Shown here: positions 9,454-19,667 of the stretch, one piece after another | Layout of the letters: each line of letters starts with the position of its first letter | How positions within the stretch are numbered: position 1 is the first letter of the stretch | From: Microcoleaceae cyanobacterium | Lineage (GTDB): Bacteria > Cyanobacteriota > Cyanobacteriia > Cyanobacteriales > Microcoleaceae | Assembly: GCA_051652765.1 (NCBI GenBank) | Contig: JBOFUV010000036.1 | Coordinates: 11,253 to 75,252, forward strand | Direction of reading: 5' to 3' | DNA length: 64,000 bases | Program-made: the position numbers and the translations under genes | The notes under the pieces: model-generated | Seen by the model: the letters and a program-made list of their open reading frames with translations, nothing else | What the model was told of the DNA's origin: nothing | Databases searched by the model: none

Positions 9454-10266
9454 ATGATAGGATCAAAATTAAGCAGTTTATTAAACTCTTACACCTCAAG
9501 AATTATGTTCCGATTTTTTTGCTTAACTTCTATTTTGCTGCATGGTTTATCTCTCTATTCGATGACCTATTTTTCATCCGTTGTCCCTGTTCATGCTGAA
9601 ATTCAGTCAGGTGATTTCCCTCTACAACAGGCTAATCTCACCTTTCCTCCCACTGAGGATCGGGGAGCCCCTTCTCGGACTCGGGGTTCCGGCAGTCGTG
9701 GCCCCTGCGGAACTGCAGTTCGGGCAAAAGAGCCAGAGACACCTTTAACGGCACTAATGCCCGCAAATAATGTCGGAACAACAGTCAGTTCCAATCCTGC
9801 GGTTTATTTGTACGTGCCCGAAACCTCCAGCAACTCTGCTGAGTTTGCTCTTTATAACTGGACAACCCGCGATCGCAACTCCGTTTACGAAGCTCAAGTT
9901 CCCTTGGCAGAGACCTCTGGAATTGTAAAAATCCCCTTACCAAACAGCGTGACTCTCGAACCCGAGAATACCTACGTCTGGGTTTTTAGCGTGGTTTGCA
10001 ATCCAGAGGATCGGAGCCAGGATCAATATGTCAGTGGCTGGATCGAGCGGGTTTCCCTGAAATCAGAACAAGAGGCTACAATTGAACAGGCTCAACAACT
10101 TTCGGAGAAAGCTGCTCTTTACGCTTCTGCGGGAGTTTGGCATGAGGCGTTAGCGATTGTTGAGCAATTGCGACCTACCGATCCTAAGATCTGGGAAGAG
10201 TTGTTAGATTCAGTCGGACTAGGGCAAATCTCTGAGCAGAAAGTGACTGAGTGCTGTCAACAGTGA
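9454..10266 (+). CDS. DUF928 domain protein
   Basis: GAPSRTRGSGSRGPC, LTALMP, GTTVSSNPAVYLYVP, YVWVFSVVC, YASAGVWHEAL, WEELLDSVGL. Start uncertain. Confidence 0.85.
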   Translation: MIGSKLSSLLNSYTSRIMFRFFCLTSILLHGLSLYSMTYFSSVVPVHAEIQSGDFPLQQANLTFPPTEDRGAPSRTRGSGSRGPCGTAVRAKEPETPLTALMPANNVGTTVSSNPAVYLYVPETSSNSAEFALYNWTTRDRNSVYEAQVPLAETSGIVKIPLPNSVTLEPENTYVWVFSVVCNPEDRSQDQYVSGWIERVSLKSEQEATIEQAQQLSEKAALYASAGVWHEALAIVEQLRPTDPKIWEELLDSVGLGQISEQKVTECCQQ

Positions 10267-10342
10267 CCATTCCGTTGATTCCTAAACCCCAAGAGTCCCC
10301 TCGTCACTGGTACTCAATGTCCATCATTATTCGGTAGTAGGG

Positions 10343-12616
10343 GTGCTAATGTATTCAACGGAGGGGTTTCGATCTTTTTTATGGAGATGGCGAGGGGTAT
10401 GGATCAGCGCTCCATCCATTGCTGCTTTGGTGATCTTGCTGCGTTTGACTGGAATTCTTCAGTTTTGGGAGTGGGGGGCCTACGATACTTACCTGCGCTA
10501 CAGACCCTCTCAACCCCCTGAGAACCGCATTGTGATTGTGGGCATTGATGAGGCCGATCTCCAGAATGTTGGACAAGCGATTATTCCTGATGGAGTCTAT
10601 GCTGAGCTGATCAAGAAACTACGGGACATGCAACCGAGAGCCATTGGCTTGAATATTTACCGTGACTTGCCTGTTCCTCCGGGTCATAAAGAGCTGATGA
10701 AAGTTTTGGAAACAACTCCAAATCTCGTGGGGATTCAGAAAGTTGTGGGAGACGAACGGCAAGATGCGATCGCTCCTCCGCCTCCCTTGGCAGCACGGGG
10801 ATTAGTGGGGGCAAGCGACCTAATTCTGGATGCTGACTATCGAGTGCGACGGGGTTTGCTCTACCTGACAGACAATCAGGAACAGACCATTTTTAGCTTT
10901 GGTTTGTTGGTCGCTTTATTGTATCTCGAAGCAGAAGGCATTACCCCAGAAACCCTCGAAGGCACTGATCGTTGGCAACTGGGAGCTGAGGTGTTTGTGC
11001 CATTGAATCCCAGCGATGGCGGCTATGTAAAAGCAGACACCCAAGGGTATCAGTTGCTCTTGAATTATCAAGGGGAGCGCGGTCACTTTGATATTGTCTC
11101 CCTGACGGATGTGTTGGAGGGTCAAGTTCCACCGGATTGGGGGCGAGATCGAATTATCCTGATTGGTTCGGTGGGTGAAAGTTTGAGTGATCTATTTGCG
11201 ACTCCCTATAGTGGAGGATGGCTCACCTATCTGGAGCCCATGGCAGGGGTAGAGATTCAAGCCCACCTCGCCAATCAAATTATCCGAGCGGCCAAGGGAG
11301 ACACCGCGTTGATCCGAACGTGGTCAGATGTCCAAGAGATGATCTGGATTGTAATCTGGTCAGGAATTGGGGCAATCTTTGCTTGGCAATGGCGATATAC
11401 CTATGGCAAGTTTTTTTCCATGCCCCAAATCCTGCGGTTGGTGATCGCTGCGAGTGTTCTATTCTTCATCACCTACGTTGCGTTTTTGCAAGGATGGTGG
11501 ATTCCGATTGTGCCACCTATGTTGGCGATGTTGGGATCAGCCCTGGCAATTACGGGTTATATGGCTCACAAGGCCGGATTGATTCGGGAAACCTTTGGTC
11601 GTTATTTGAGCAATGAGGTCGTGGCTCAACTCTTGGAAAGTCAGAACCATACGATGCTTGAAGCTCGCAGACAGCTCGTCACGATTTTGATTGCAGATCT
11701 GCGGGGTTTTACGGTGCTGGTAGAGCGTTCAACCCCGGAGAATGTGGTCAATATCCTAAACGTCTATTTGGAGCATATGTCCGCTGTCATTGCCCGCTAT
11801 GAAGGGACGATTGACAAATACACCGGAGATGGCATTATGGTGATCTTCGGTGCCCCAACGTCCCACGAGGATGAACCTCAGCGCGTAGTCGCCTGTGCAA
11901 TCGCCATGCAACTGGAGATGGAGCAAGTCAATCAGAAACTAAAAACCCTGAATTTTCCGACTCTAGAGATGGGAATTGGGATTAATACTGGGGAAGCGGT
12001 AGTCGGCAATATTGGCTCGAATGAACACATTGAGTACACTGCCATTGGTTATGAAGTTAACCTAGCTTTTCAAATTGAAGCCTGTGCCTTGGGGGGTCAG
12101 ATTTTTATTTCAGAATTCACCCAAGAAGCCGTGGGCTCGGTTCATTTGAGAATTGATGGGGAAAAACAGATTTCTCCTCGGGGAACCAATCGACCCCTGA
12201 CGATTTGTGAGGTCGGTGGTATTGGCGAACCCTACAATCTGTTTTTGCCAAAGGAAAATAATGTGCTGTTGTCGCTACAAAAAGAACTCCCGATTCAGTA
12301 CTTTTTGCTGGAAGGGAAGCATACCACTAGTATTTTTTTTGAAGCTTACTTGACTCAACTGTCACGCAAGGGCGCTGAAATCAGAATTGATCCGATCAAG
12401 GTGGCTCTAATGCCACCACTTCAGGGAGATATTAAGTTGCGGGTCTTAACCCTGAGCCCACAGTTTTCGGCGAGTGACGAGGTGTATGGCAAGGTGATTA
12501 AAAATGTTCCTCATCAGAAACGGTTCTATGTTCGGTTTACCTTCAAACCGCCTGTGGTGGAAACTTATCTGGATGCGGTTTATCGGTCATTGCAGCAAGG
12601 GGATTTGATCTATTAA
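10343..12616 (+). CDS. CHASE2 sensor, 3 TM helices, class III adenylate/guanylate cyclase domain and C-terminal PilZ-like region
   Basis: RIVIVGIDEADL and MAGVEIQAHL (CHASE2); ILIADLRGFT, IDKYTGDGIM, GIGINTG, IGYEVNLAFQIE. Confidence 0.88.
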   Translation: MLMYSTEGFRSFLWRWRGVWISAPSIAALVILLRLTGILQFWEWGAYDTYLRYRPSQPPENRIVIVGIDEADLQNVGQAIIPDGVYAELIKKLRDMQPRAIGLNIYRDLPVPPGHKELMKVLETTPNLVGIQKVVGDERQDAIAPPPPLAARGLVGASDLILDADYRVRRGLLYLTDNQEQTIFSFGLLVALLYLEAEGITPETLEGTDRWQLGAEVFVPLNPSDGGYVKADTQGYQLLLNYQGERGHFDIVSLTDVLEGQVPPDWGRDRIILIGSVGESLSDLFATPYSGGWLTYLEPMAGVEIQAHLANQIIRAAKGDTALIRTWSDVQEMIWIVIWSGIGAIFAWQWRYTYGKFFSMPQILRLVIAASVLFFITYVAFLQGWWIPIVPPMLAMLGSALAITGYMAHKAGLIRETFGRYLSNEVVAQLLESQNHTMLEARRQLVTILIADLRGFTVLVERSTPENVVNILNVYLEHMSAVIARYEGTIDKYTGDGIMVIFGAPTSHEDEPQRVVACAIAMQLEMEQVNQKLKTLNFPTLEMGIGINTGEAVVGNIGSNEHIEYTAIGYEVNLAFQIEACALGGQIFISEFTQEAVGSVHLRIDGEKQISPRGTNRPLTICEVGGIGEPYNLFLPKENNVLLSLQKELPIQYFLLEGKHTTSIFFEAYLTQLSRKGAEIRIDPIKVALMPPLQGDIKLRVLTLSPQFSASDEVYGKVIKNVPHQKRFYVRFTFKPPVVETYLDAVYRSLQQGDLIY

Positions 12617-12654
12617 TAACGCAGGAGACCAACCCAATATCCGATTTCTCTTGA

Positions 12655-13524
12655 TTACTGCACTACAAAACCCAGAACACAATAACGCAGTAGCCCCAAA
12701 CGACTAAACTGCCCAATCAGCTTCGTAGCGTTGACTGCGTCAGAATTACCAACTTGTTGAAAGATTTGGCAAATCAGGGGGTAGGTTGGCAACGTGTGGC
12801 GAGTAATATCCAATCTTGAAACCAAAGTAAACCCGCTTGCTTTTGCTAAATTTTGGTAATCTGCCAGCACAAACTGGCTATCGACCTGTCCATAGGTATG
12901 ACCAATCGTGGGATTGGTAAACTTTAATAGCAGGTTACGAACCGGTGCGGGAATTGACACGGGAATAAAGTCAGAGATGGCGAGTCTGCCGCCGGTACGC
13001 AGAACACGCCGAGCTTCGTGAAAGAAATCAACCCGACTGGGAAAATGAAAAATGCATTCTACCGCTAACACCTTGTCAAATTCCCCATCCGTAAAAGGTA
13101 ATTGACAGGCGTTCCCTTCAACAAACTCAATCTGGTTGGTTCCTTGAGGGTGAATTTCTTGTCTTGCCCGAGCCAGTTGGCGCGGATCAATATTCAAACC
13201 GACGAGCTGTAAATCTTGAAAATTTTCGTTCAGACTCGCCACTGTTCCCCCAAAGCCACAGCCCACATCTAACACGCGATCGCCCGTATTGATCTCAGCC
13301 GTTTGGTATACTTTTTGACATAGATGCTCGGCAGCAACCGAGAAATCCTGGACGGAACCGTCAGCTTGATTGGGATGTTCCCAATAGCCCCAATGCACAT
13401 GCCGCCCAAAGACTTGTTGCATATCAGTATCCCCTAGATCAATCTGGCTAAGAATTGTATCAAAGTAGGGTAGTGAAACTGGGGTTGGGGCCATGACTGA
13501 GGGAGTAATCGATGAAGGATTCAT
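12655..13524 (-). CDS. Class I SAM-dependent methyltransferase (sterol/UbiE-like)
   Basis: FGRHVHWGYW, RVLDVGCGFGG, FDKVLAVECIFHF. Confidence 0.85.
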   Translation of the reverse strand: MNPSSITPSVMAPTPVSLPYFDTILSQIDLGDTDMQQVFGRHVHWGYWEHPNQADGSVQDFSVAAEHLCQKVYQTAEINTGDRVLDVGCGFGGTVASLNENFQDLQLVGLNIDPRQLARARQEIHPQGTNQIEFVEGNACQLPFTDGEFDKVLAVECIFHFPSRVDFFHEARRVLRTGGRLAISDFIPVSIPAPVRNLLLKFTNPTIGHTYGQVDSQFVLADYQNLAKASGFTLVSRLDITRHTLPTYPLICQIFQQVGNSDAVNATKLIGQFSRLGLLRYCVLGFVVQ

Positions 13525-13628
13525 CCATCTTAGAAGGAATCGGGGACTTAAGCTGATTCAGTTAGGGAGAGCATCTCGCGTTAGGATGATTTCTAAGGCA
13601 AATCATGAGAATTGGCTAAGCAAGAAAA

Positions 13629-14645
13629 ATGCAGACGGAGCAATCCTCAACAGACCCCATAGCAAACCGGGCGGCCACCCTGAATTCTTTCCCCTTGATG
13701 GGATGTGGGACTTGGGCTTGGGGAAACCGCCTGTTGTGGGGCTACGACGAGAGCATGGATCAGCAGTTGCAACGGGTGTTTAACCTCTGCGTAGAACGGG
13801 GAGTCACGTTGTTTGACACAGGAGATTCCTACGGAACCGGAAAATTAAACGGACGGAGTGAGATCTTGTTGGGAACGTTTGCCCAAGCCTACTCTGGCAT
13901 ACATCAGGACGATATTTGTATTGCGACCAAGCTTGCGGCCTATCCTTGGCGCTTAACCCCTCAGTCCATGGTGTCAGCCTGTCGGGCTTCGAAGGAACGG
14001 CTGGGGCGCAAGGTGGATTTGGTTCAAATGCATTGGTCTACCGCAAATTATGCCCCCTGGCAGGAGAATGCCTTGTTAAATGGGTTAATCGCTGCCTGTG
14101 AAGCGGGTTTGGCAACTCGGGTGGGATTGTCGAACTATGGGCCTCAACGGTTAAAACAAGTCCATCAACACTTTACCGACCGGGGTATTTTGATCTCAAC
14201 CTTACAGGTGCAATATTCCTTGCTATCAACTTATCCAGTTACAGAACTGAGGTTGAAGGCCATCTGCGATGAACTGGGCATTCAGTTAATTGCCTACAGC
14301 CCTTTAGCCTTGGGATTGCTTACCGGCAAATACTCTCAAACTAGCCCGCTTCCCAAGGGAATTCGGGGATTCCTGTTTAGACAGTTGCTCCCTGGAATTC
14401 AGCCGATGTTGAATTGTTTGCGAGAGATTGCCGAATTCAAACAAAAAACCCTGTCCCAGGTGGCTCTAAATTGGTGTATTGGGAAAGGGACAATCCCCAT
14501 TCCAGGCGCAAAAACGGTAGAACAGGCCCAGGAAAATATCGGGGCTTTAGGATGGCAACTGGACTCAGGAGAAATGACTGCTTTGGATCAGGCCGCTGCT
14601 CAGTCTCCTAAAAAAATGATACAGAATATTTTTCAGACAAAGTAA
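13629..14645 (+). CDS. Aldo/keto reductase
   Basis: GCGTWAWG, FDTGDSYG, IATK, VGLSNYG, QVQYSLL, AYSPLALGLLTGKY, PIPGAK. Confidence 0.92.
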   Translation: MQTEQSSTDPIANRAATLNSFPLMGCGTWAWGNRLLWGYDESMDQQLQRVFNLCVERGVTLFDTGDSYGTGKLNGRSEILLGTFAQAYSGIHQDDICIATKLAAYPWRLTPQSMVSACRASKERLGRKVDLVQMHWSTANYAPWQENALLNGLIAACEAGLATRVGLSNYGPQRLKQVHQHFTDRGILISTLQVQYSLLSTYPVTELRLKAICDELGIQLIAYSPLALGLLTGKYSQTSPLPKGIRGFLFRQLLPGIQPMLNCLREIAEFKQKTLSQVALNWCIGKGTIPIPGAKTVEQAQENIGALGWQLDSGEMTALDQAAAQSPKKMIQNIFQTK

Positions 14646-14743
14646 AGCTAAAACCTCTTACCGTCAATCTATTTGATAGCAATATCTGGGGCTAGCTCTT
14701 GTCAGGTTAAAAGGGTTATAAATAAGGTTAAAATCTCTTCACG

Positions 14744-17700
14744 TTGTTAATGTCTAGAGTTGATCATCCTGATTTATCTCATATTCTGAGTCACCAGTCA
14801 GAGGCTGCCTTTGAGACTCTAGTTTCTTTGACGGCGCAGATCGCTCAGACTCCAGTTGCCTTCCTCAGTTTTATCGACTCTACTCATCAATGGCTCAAAT
14901 CTCAAGTTGGGTTTCAAGTTCAGGCCCGTCACTATCTTGACTTTTGTAACTCTCTCCTCAATCTTCCGCTAGAAGGTGTTCAGCGAGACATAGATCAGGT
15001 GATCGATCCAGAGAATTTGAGTGTGACCTCTCACCCAATTCTGATTCCTGACACGCACCTTGACAGACGAGTGATTTGCCACTTTCTAGTGAGTCGAGAG
15101 CCTGCCATTCGCTTCTATGCAGGGATTCCAGTGGTTACACCTCAGGGCCAAAGCCTAGGACTGCTGTCTGTGATGGACTATGAGCCTCGAACCTTATCTA
15201 GAGAGAGTCTCTCGGTGCTACAAGGACTGGCTAACCAGATTAGTAATCAGATTGAACTCTGCCGCCAACTGTTTAACGCCAAGGATAAGTTGATTAAATT
15301 GGAGCGGGTTGTTGATGAACGCAAGCTGGTTTGGGAGGTTGTTCGTCAAGAGCGGGACTTTGTTTGTAATGTTCTTGATACGTTGAGCGCCCTCGTTGTT
15401 GTATTAGATGCTCAGGGTAGAATTGTTCGATTCAACCGCACCTGTGAACAACTCACGGGGTACTCTTTGGAACAGGTTGAAGGAAAACTTCTGCAAGGGT
15501 TAGGGCTGCCGATTTTTGATCTCCCCTGGGAAGTTCTAGCGTCTTCGGACAGTCGTTTAGAAGACCGTAATTTATTAGAAGACCGTAATTTAGAGGATAG
15601 CCGTTCAGAGAATGCTAGCGAACCGATGAGCTTGCAGGCTGCTTGGTTTCCTCAGGAGGCAGAAACAGAATGGATCAGCTCTAACGGAACTTGCCATTTG
15701 ATTGCCTGGTCAAACACCGCACTTTTAAACCCTGAAGGTTCCCTCAAATATGTGATTGCAGCGGGTCTAGATATCACAGAGCGTAAACGGTCTGAAGAAG
15801 CGTTACAGGAAAGTGAAGAACGCTATCGTCTGATCGCTGACAACTCAACGGATTTGATTGCCCAGTATACTTGCAAGGGAGTTTACGGCTACGTTTCTCC
15901 AGCCAGCTCAGAACTGTTGGGCTATAGCCCAGACCAGCTAGTTGGGCAGTCAATCTACCAAATGGTTCATCCAGAGGATGTAAAACCCTTGGAGCAGTTT
16001 CATCAAGGGTTGATCGAAGTCGGAGAGTCGAATGCGATCTTCTATCGCTACCGTCATTACCAGGGACACTATCTGTGGTTTGAAACAACAGTGCATCCAG
16101 TCTATGACCCGGTCACAGGGGAAATCCAAGAACTGGTTGCGATTTCACGGGATATCACCGAACGCAAGAAAACAGAAGCGTCTTTGATTGAGCGATCGCA
16201 GATCTCCTTGCTCGAAGCAGAAGTCGGAAAAGCCCTAGGACTTGGTCGCACTTTACCGGCGATTCTGAAGCAATGTGCCTCGGTCATTGACACTTACCTG
16301 GATGTTGTTTCTGTGACGATTTCTACCCTAAACTCTCAAACCAACCGGCTAGAACCTCAGGCGACCTGCGGTGAAACAATAGGGGATTCTGAGGTACAGA
16401 TCCAAGCAGAAACCCTACTTAAATCCGAGTTTCCCTTAATTGCGGGAGAACATCTGGTAGGCATGATGATTCTACATAGACCTTCCCCCTGGTCTAAGCA
16501 GGCAAGACAAGGGTTGCAATCGATTTCAGGGGCGATCGCCGCCGGAATTGATCGGGTACGAACTCGGGAAGATCTTCATCATCGGCGGGAGGGACTCCTG
16601 TTTCGTCTGGCCAATCAAATCCGTGAATCCTTGGATATTGATACAATTTTGACCACAACTGTCAATGAAATCCAGAGCGTTCTTCAAGTTGACCAATGTC
16701 ACTTCCTGTGGTGTGTGCAAACTCCTGACCATCAGTCTCTATTCATGATTACCCACGAGGCTCGTTCTCTAAAGCTCTCCCAGTTTTTACAAGACTATCC
16801 CCCGGATCAGGTTGGGGCATTTGCCACCCAAATTCAAAATCAAGAACCCTTGCAAATTGATAACGTTTCAACTCAAGGGGATTTTGAGGAGAGTACGCGA
16901 ACACTATTGCAACAGCAGGGAATCTGCGCGACTCTGTTGCTGCCGTTGAGAACCCGATCAGAACAACAAGGTGCGATTATTTGCCATCGCTATTCTGAAA
17001 CCTGTCAACCCTGGAGCACCAGTGAGGTTGAGCTATTGCGAGGAGTCGTTGATCAAGTCGCGATCGCCATCGACCAAGCCGAACTCTATGCCCAAACCCG
17101 TGCAGCAGCATTGGCAGCTCAGACCCAGGCGGCCCAACTCAGCCAAACAATACAAGAGCTAAAGCAGAAAGAAACTCAACTCATTCAAAGTGAAAAAATG
17201 TCCAGCTTAGGACAAATGGTGGCTGGAGTTGCCCATGAAATTAATAACCCAGTCAACTTTATTTACGGCAATCTCAAACCCGTTCGGGAGTATACCCAAG
17301 GGTTGTTGGACTTGCTCAAACTTTACCAGGAGCGTTACTCCGATTCTGGAGCCGCAATTGCTGAAAAAGTTGAAGAAATCGACTTAGAGTTTGTGGTAGA
17401 TGATCTACCAAAAGTTCTTTCCTCAATGGAAGTTGGCACGAATCGGATTCGGCAGATTGTGATTTCCCTCCGCAATTTCTCTCGATTGGATGAAGCAGAA
17501 ATGAAGCCTGTAGACATTCATGAGGGCCTTGACAGTACCTTGTTGATTCTGCAAAATCGCCTGAAACCAAAACGAGGAGAAGACTCCGGCATTGAAATTG
17601 TCAAACACTATGGTCAACTTCCTCAAGTTGAATGCTATCCAGGGCAACTCAACCAGGTATTCATGAATATTTTGAACAACGCCATGGACGCTTTAGATGA

Positions 17701-18022
17701 GCAAGATCGGCCAGGGATGATTACCATCACGACTGAAATTGCAGAAACAAAATCTTCTATACTGTCTGACTTTACTCCCCATGTTCTGGTTCGCATTCAA
17801 GATAATGGCCCAGGAATGACAACAGAGGTGAGAAACAAACTATTCGACCCCTTCTTTACCACTAAACCTGTTGGCAAGGGCACCGGGTTAGGGCTATCTA
17901 TCAGCTACAAAATTATCGTTGAAAAGCATGGCGGGCAATTGATCTGTTTTTCAGAACCTGGGAAAGGAGCTGAATTTCAAGTGCAAATTCCGATCCATCA
18001 TCAGCATGAAATTGAAGACTAA
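14744..18022 (+). CDS. Multi-sensor histidine kinase (GAF-PAS-PAS-degenerate GAF-GAF-HisKA-HATPase)
   Basis: RFYAGIP GAF; two PAS/PAC domains ending DITERK; EKMSSLGQMVAGVAHEINNP H-box; LNQVFMNIL, DNGPG, FDPFFTTKPVGKGTGLGL. Confidence 0.92.
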   Translation: MLMSRVDHPDLSHILSHQSEAAFETLVSLTAQIAQTPVAFLSFIDSTHQWLKSQVGFQVQARHYLDFCNSLLNLPLEGVQRDIDQVIDPENLSVTSHPILIPDTHLDRRVICHFLVSREPAIRFYAGIPVVTPQGQSLGLLSVMDYEPRTLSRESLSVLQGLANQISNQIELCRQLFNAKDKLIKLERVVDERKLVWEVVRQERDFVCNVLDTLSALVVVLDAQGRIVRFNRTCEQLTGYSLEQVEGKLLQGLGLPIFDLPWEVLASSDSRLEDRNLLEDRNLEDSRSENASEPMSLQAAWFPQEAETEWISSNGTCHLIAWSNTALLNPEGSLKYVIAAGLDITERKRSEEALQESEERYRLIADNSTDLIAQYTCKGVYGYVSPASSELLGYSPDQLVGQSIYQMVHPEDVKPLEQFHQGLIEVGESNAIFYRYRHYQGHYLWFETTVHPVYDPVTGEIQELVAISRDITERKKTEASLIERSQISLLEAEVGKALGLGRTLPAILKQCASVIDTYLDVVSVTISTLNSQTNRLEPQATCGETIGDSEVQIQAETLLKSEFPLIAGEHLVGMMILHRPSPWSKQARQGLQSISGAIAAGIDRVRTREDLHHRREGLLFRLANQIRESLDIDTILTTTVNEIQSVLQVDQCHFLWCVQTPDHQSLFMITHEARSLKLSQFLQDYPPDQVGAFATQIQNQEPLQIDNVSTQGDFEESTRTLLQQQGICATLLLPLRTRSEQQGAIICHRYSETCQPWSTSEVELLRGVVDQVAIAIDQAELYAQTRAAALAAQTQAAQLSQTIQELKQKETQLIQSEKMSSLGQMVAGVAHEINNPVNFIYGNLKPVREYTQGLLDLLKLYQERYSDSGAAIAEKVEEIDLEFVVDDLPKVLSSMEVGTNRIRQIVISLRNFSRLDEAEMKPVDIHEGLDSTLLILQNRLKPKRGEDSGIEIVKHYGQLPQVECYPGQLNQVFMNILNNAMDALDEQDRPGMITITTEIAETKSSILSDFTPHVLVRIQDNGPGMTTEVRNKLFDPFFTTKPVGKGTGLGLSISYKIIVEKHGGQLICFSEPGKGAEFQVQIPIHHQHEIED

Positions 18023-18070
18023 ACTAAAAATACATCCTAAAATACATCTTATAAGAGTACATCTTACAAA

Positions 18071-18721
18071 ATGGTGAGGTCAACAATGGTTGTAGCCATT
18101 AAGCGGGCAGACCGAGTCGTACTACACAACATTTCTTGGGAGCAGTTCGAGCAACTTCTCGAAGACTTGGGAGACCATCGTACCGCTCGAATTGCCTACG
18201 ATCATGGAACCTTAGAAATCATGACTCCTCTCCCTGAACATGAGTATTTCAAAGAAGTCATTAGTGATGCGGTCAAGGACGCTGCCGATGAACTGGAAAT
18301 TGACTACGCAAGTTATGGTTCAACCACTTGGCGACGACCGATCAAAATGGCAGGCTTGGAGCCAGATAATTGTTTCTACTTCCAAAATGAACCTACTGTA
18401 CGGGGCAGAATTGACCTTGACCTCAGACGGGGTGATCCACCCCCTGACCTAGCTTTGGAAATCGATATCACGAGTAAGTCTCTGGATCGTTTTCCCATTT
18501 ATGCGTCCCTAGAAGTGCCTGAACTCTGGTGCTACGACAATGGAACCCTGAAAATTTATCATCTCCAAGACGGTGAATATTGTGAAGCCACAGCCAGTCT
18601 GGCATTACCGCTGTTGCCAGTTCAACAACTCCCTCAAGTGATTGAGCAGTGTCGGATGGATGGACGGCGGGCGGTGCGGCGGGCGGTACGGGCTTGGGTA
18701 CGAGAGGTTACCCAAGGATAG
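18071..18721 (+). CDS. Uma2 family (DUF820) endonuclease-like protein
   Basis: ISWEQFE, LEIMTPLPEHE, GSTTW, EPDNCFY, PPDLALEIDITS, VPELW. Confidence 0.9.
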   Translation: MVRSTMVVAIKRADRVVLHNISWEQFEQLLEDLGDHRTARIAYDHGTLEIMTPLPEHEYFKEVISDAVKDAADELEIDYASYGSTTWRRPIKMAGLEPDNCFYFQNEPTVRGRIDLDLRRGDPPPDLALEIDITSKSLDRFPIYASLEVPELWCYDNGTLKIYHLQDGEYCEATASLALPLLPVQQLPQVIEQCRMDGRRAVRRAVRAWVREVTQG

Positions 18722-18785
18722 AAGTAAGTGTGCTCGTCTCTACCCGATCCAAATCCTGGGAGCTATTGTTGTGCCCCTGCAAAAT

Positions 18786-18814
18786 TTGCTGCTTTTGCGC
18801 CAATAAGGTATACT
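18786..18814 (+). promoter_or_regulatory. Putative sigma70 promoter of the rimP-nusA-infB operon
   Basis: TTGCTG-N17-TATACT. Confidence 0.45.
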
Positions 18815-18878
18815 ATTAGGCTAGGCAAAGCTTAGTGGCTCTGCTGTTTTTCTTCTTGCTTGTGGAAGGCAGAAATTT

Positions 18879-18903
18879 AAGGTGGGTATAGCCCACCTTT
18901 TTT
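18879..18903 (+). promoter_or_regulatory. rimP leader hairpin (terminator/attenuator-like)
   Basis: AAGGTGGG-TATAG-CCCACCTT followed by TTTT, 20 bp before the rimP ATG. GTGGG/CCCAC hairpins are a known feature of rimP leaders. Confidence 0.75.
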
Positions 18904-18923
18904 GCGATAAGGAACAATCAACA

Positions 18924-19388
18924 ATGGCTCACCCTGTAGTTCCCGAAATCATTACGCTTGCAACTCCTGTTGCCCAGGCATTGGGATTAGAGGTTGTCGG
19001 AGCCATTTTTTATACTAACCAACACCCCCCTGTGCTACGAGTAGATATTCGTAACCTGGATCGGGATACGGGTTTGGATGACTGCGAACGGATGAGTCGA
19101 GCCTTGGAAGAACAGTTGGATGCAACCGACCTGCTCCCTGATGCCTATGTTTTGGAAGTGTCTAGCCCCGGAATTTCTCAACATCTGACGAGCGATCGCG
19201 ACTTTATTTCCTTTCGGGGATTTCCAGTCATTGTCAGAACTTCAGAAGATCATCAGGGACAAAAAGAGCGTTCTGGAAGACTTATTTCACGAGATGAAAA
19301 AGCGGTTTACTTGAATCAAAAAGGACGCAAAATTTCTGTCCCTCGTGACTTGGTGACTGAAGTGCAACTCTATGAAGGAGAAAACTAG
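18924..19388 (+). CDS. rimP: Ribosome maturation factor RimP
   Basis: [32 protein letters not shown]; lies upstream of nusA. Confidence 0.95.
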   Translation: MAHPVVPEIITLATPVAQALGLEVVGAIFYTNQHPPVLRVDIRNLDRDTGLDDCERMSRALEEQLDATDLLPDAYVLEVSSPGISQHLTSDRDFISFRGFPVIVRTSEDHQGQKERSGRLISRDEKAVYLNQKGRKISVPRDLVTEVQLYEGEN

Positions 19389-19667
19389 GCAAGAATTGAT
19401 TAAGATTTTCTTTCTTGACGAAACTTTTCTGGGCAAACTTTCTGGGTGAGCCTTTGAACGTGTTTTTTCTAAGAGTCCAACGTCTTCTAAATCCAGTTCC
19501 AAACTTCGATTTCTAGTCTTTAACTTCTGGTCTTTAATTTCCAGACTTTGACCTCTAAATTGTCTCGATATAGGCGGTTGTTTGAGAAGTGATGAACAGA
19601 AGTTATTAACAGAAACTTTTATCGTTAAATTTCCCCTTAAAGTTCAACCCAAAAGGAGGTATTCCCT

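Noticed and set aside
18071..18721. Uma2 protein as a novel nuclease system
   Set aside because: Highly expanded, ordinary family in cyanobacteria; a single copy with no associated partners.
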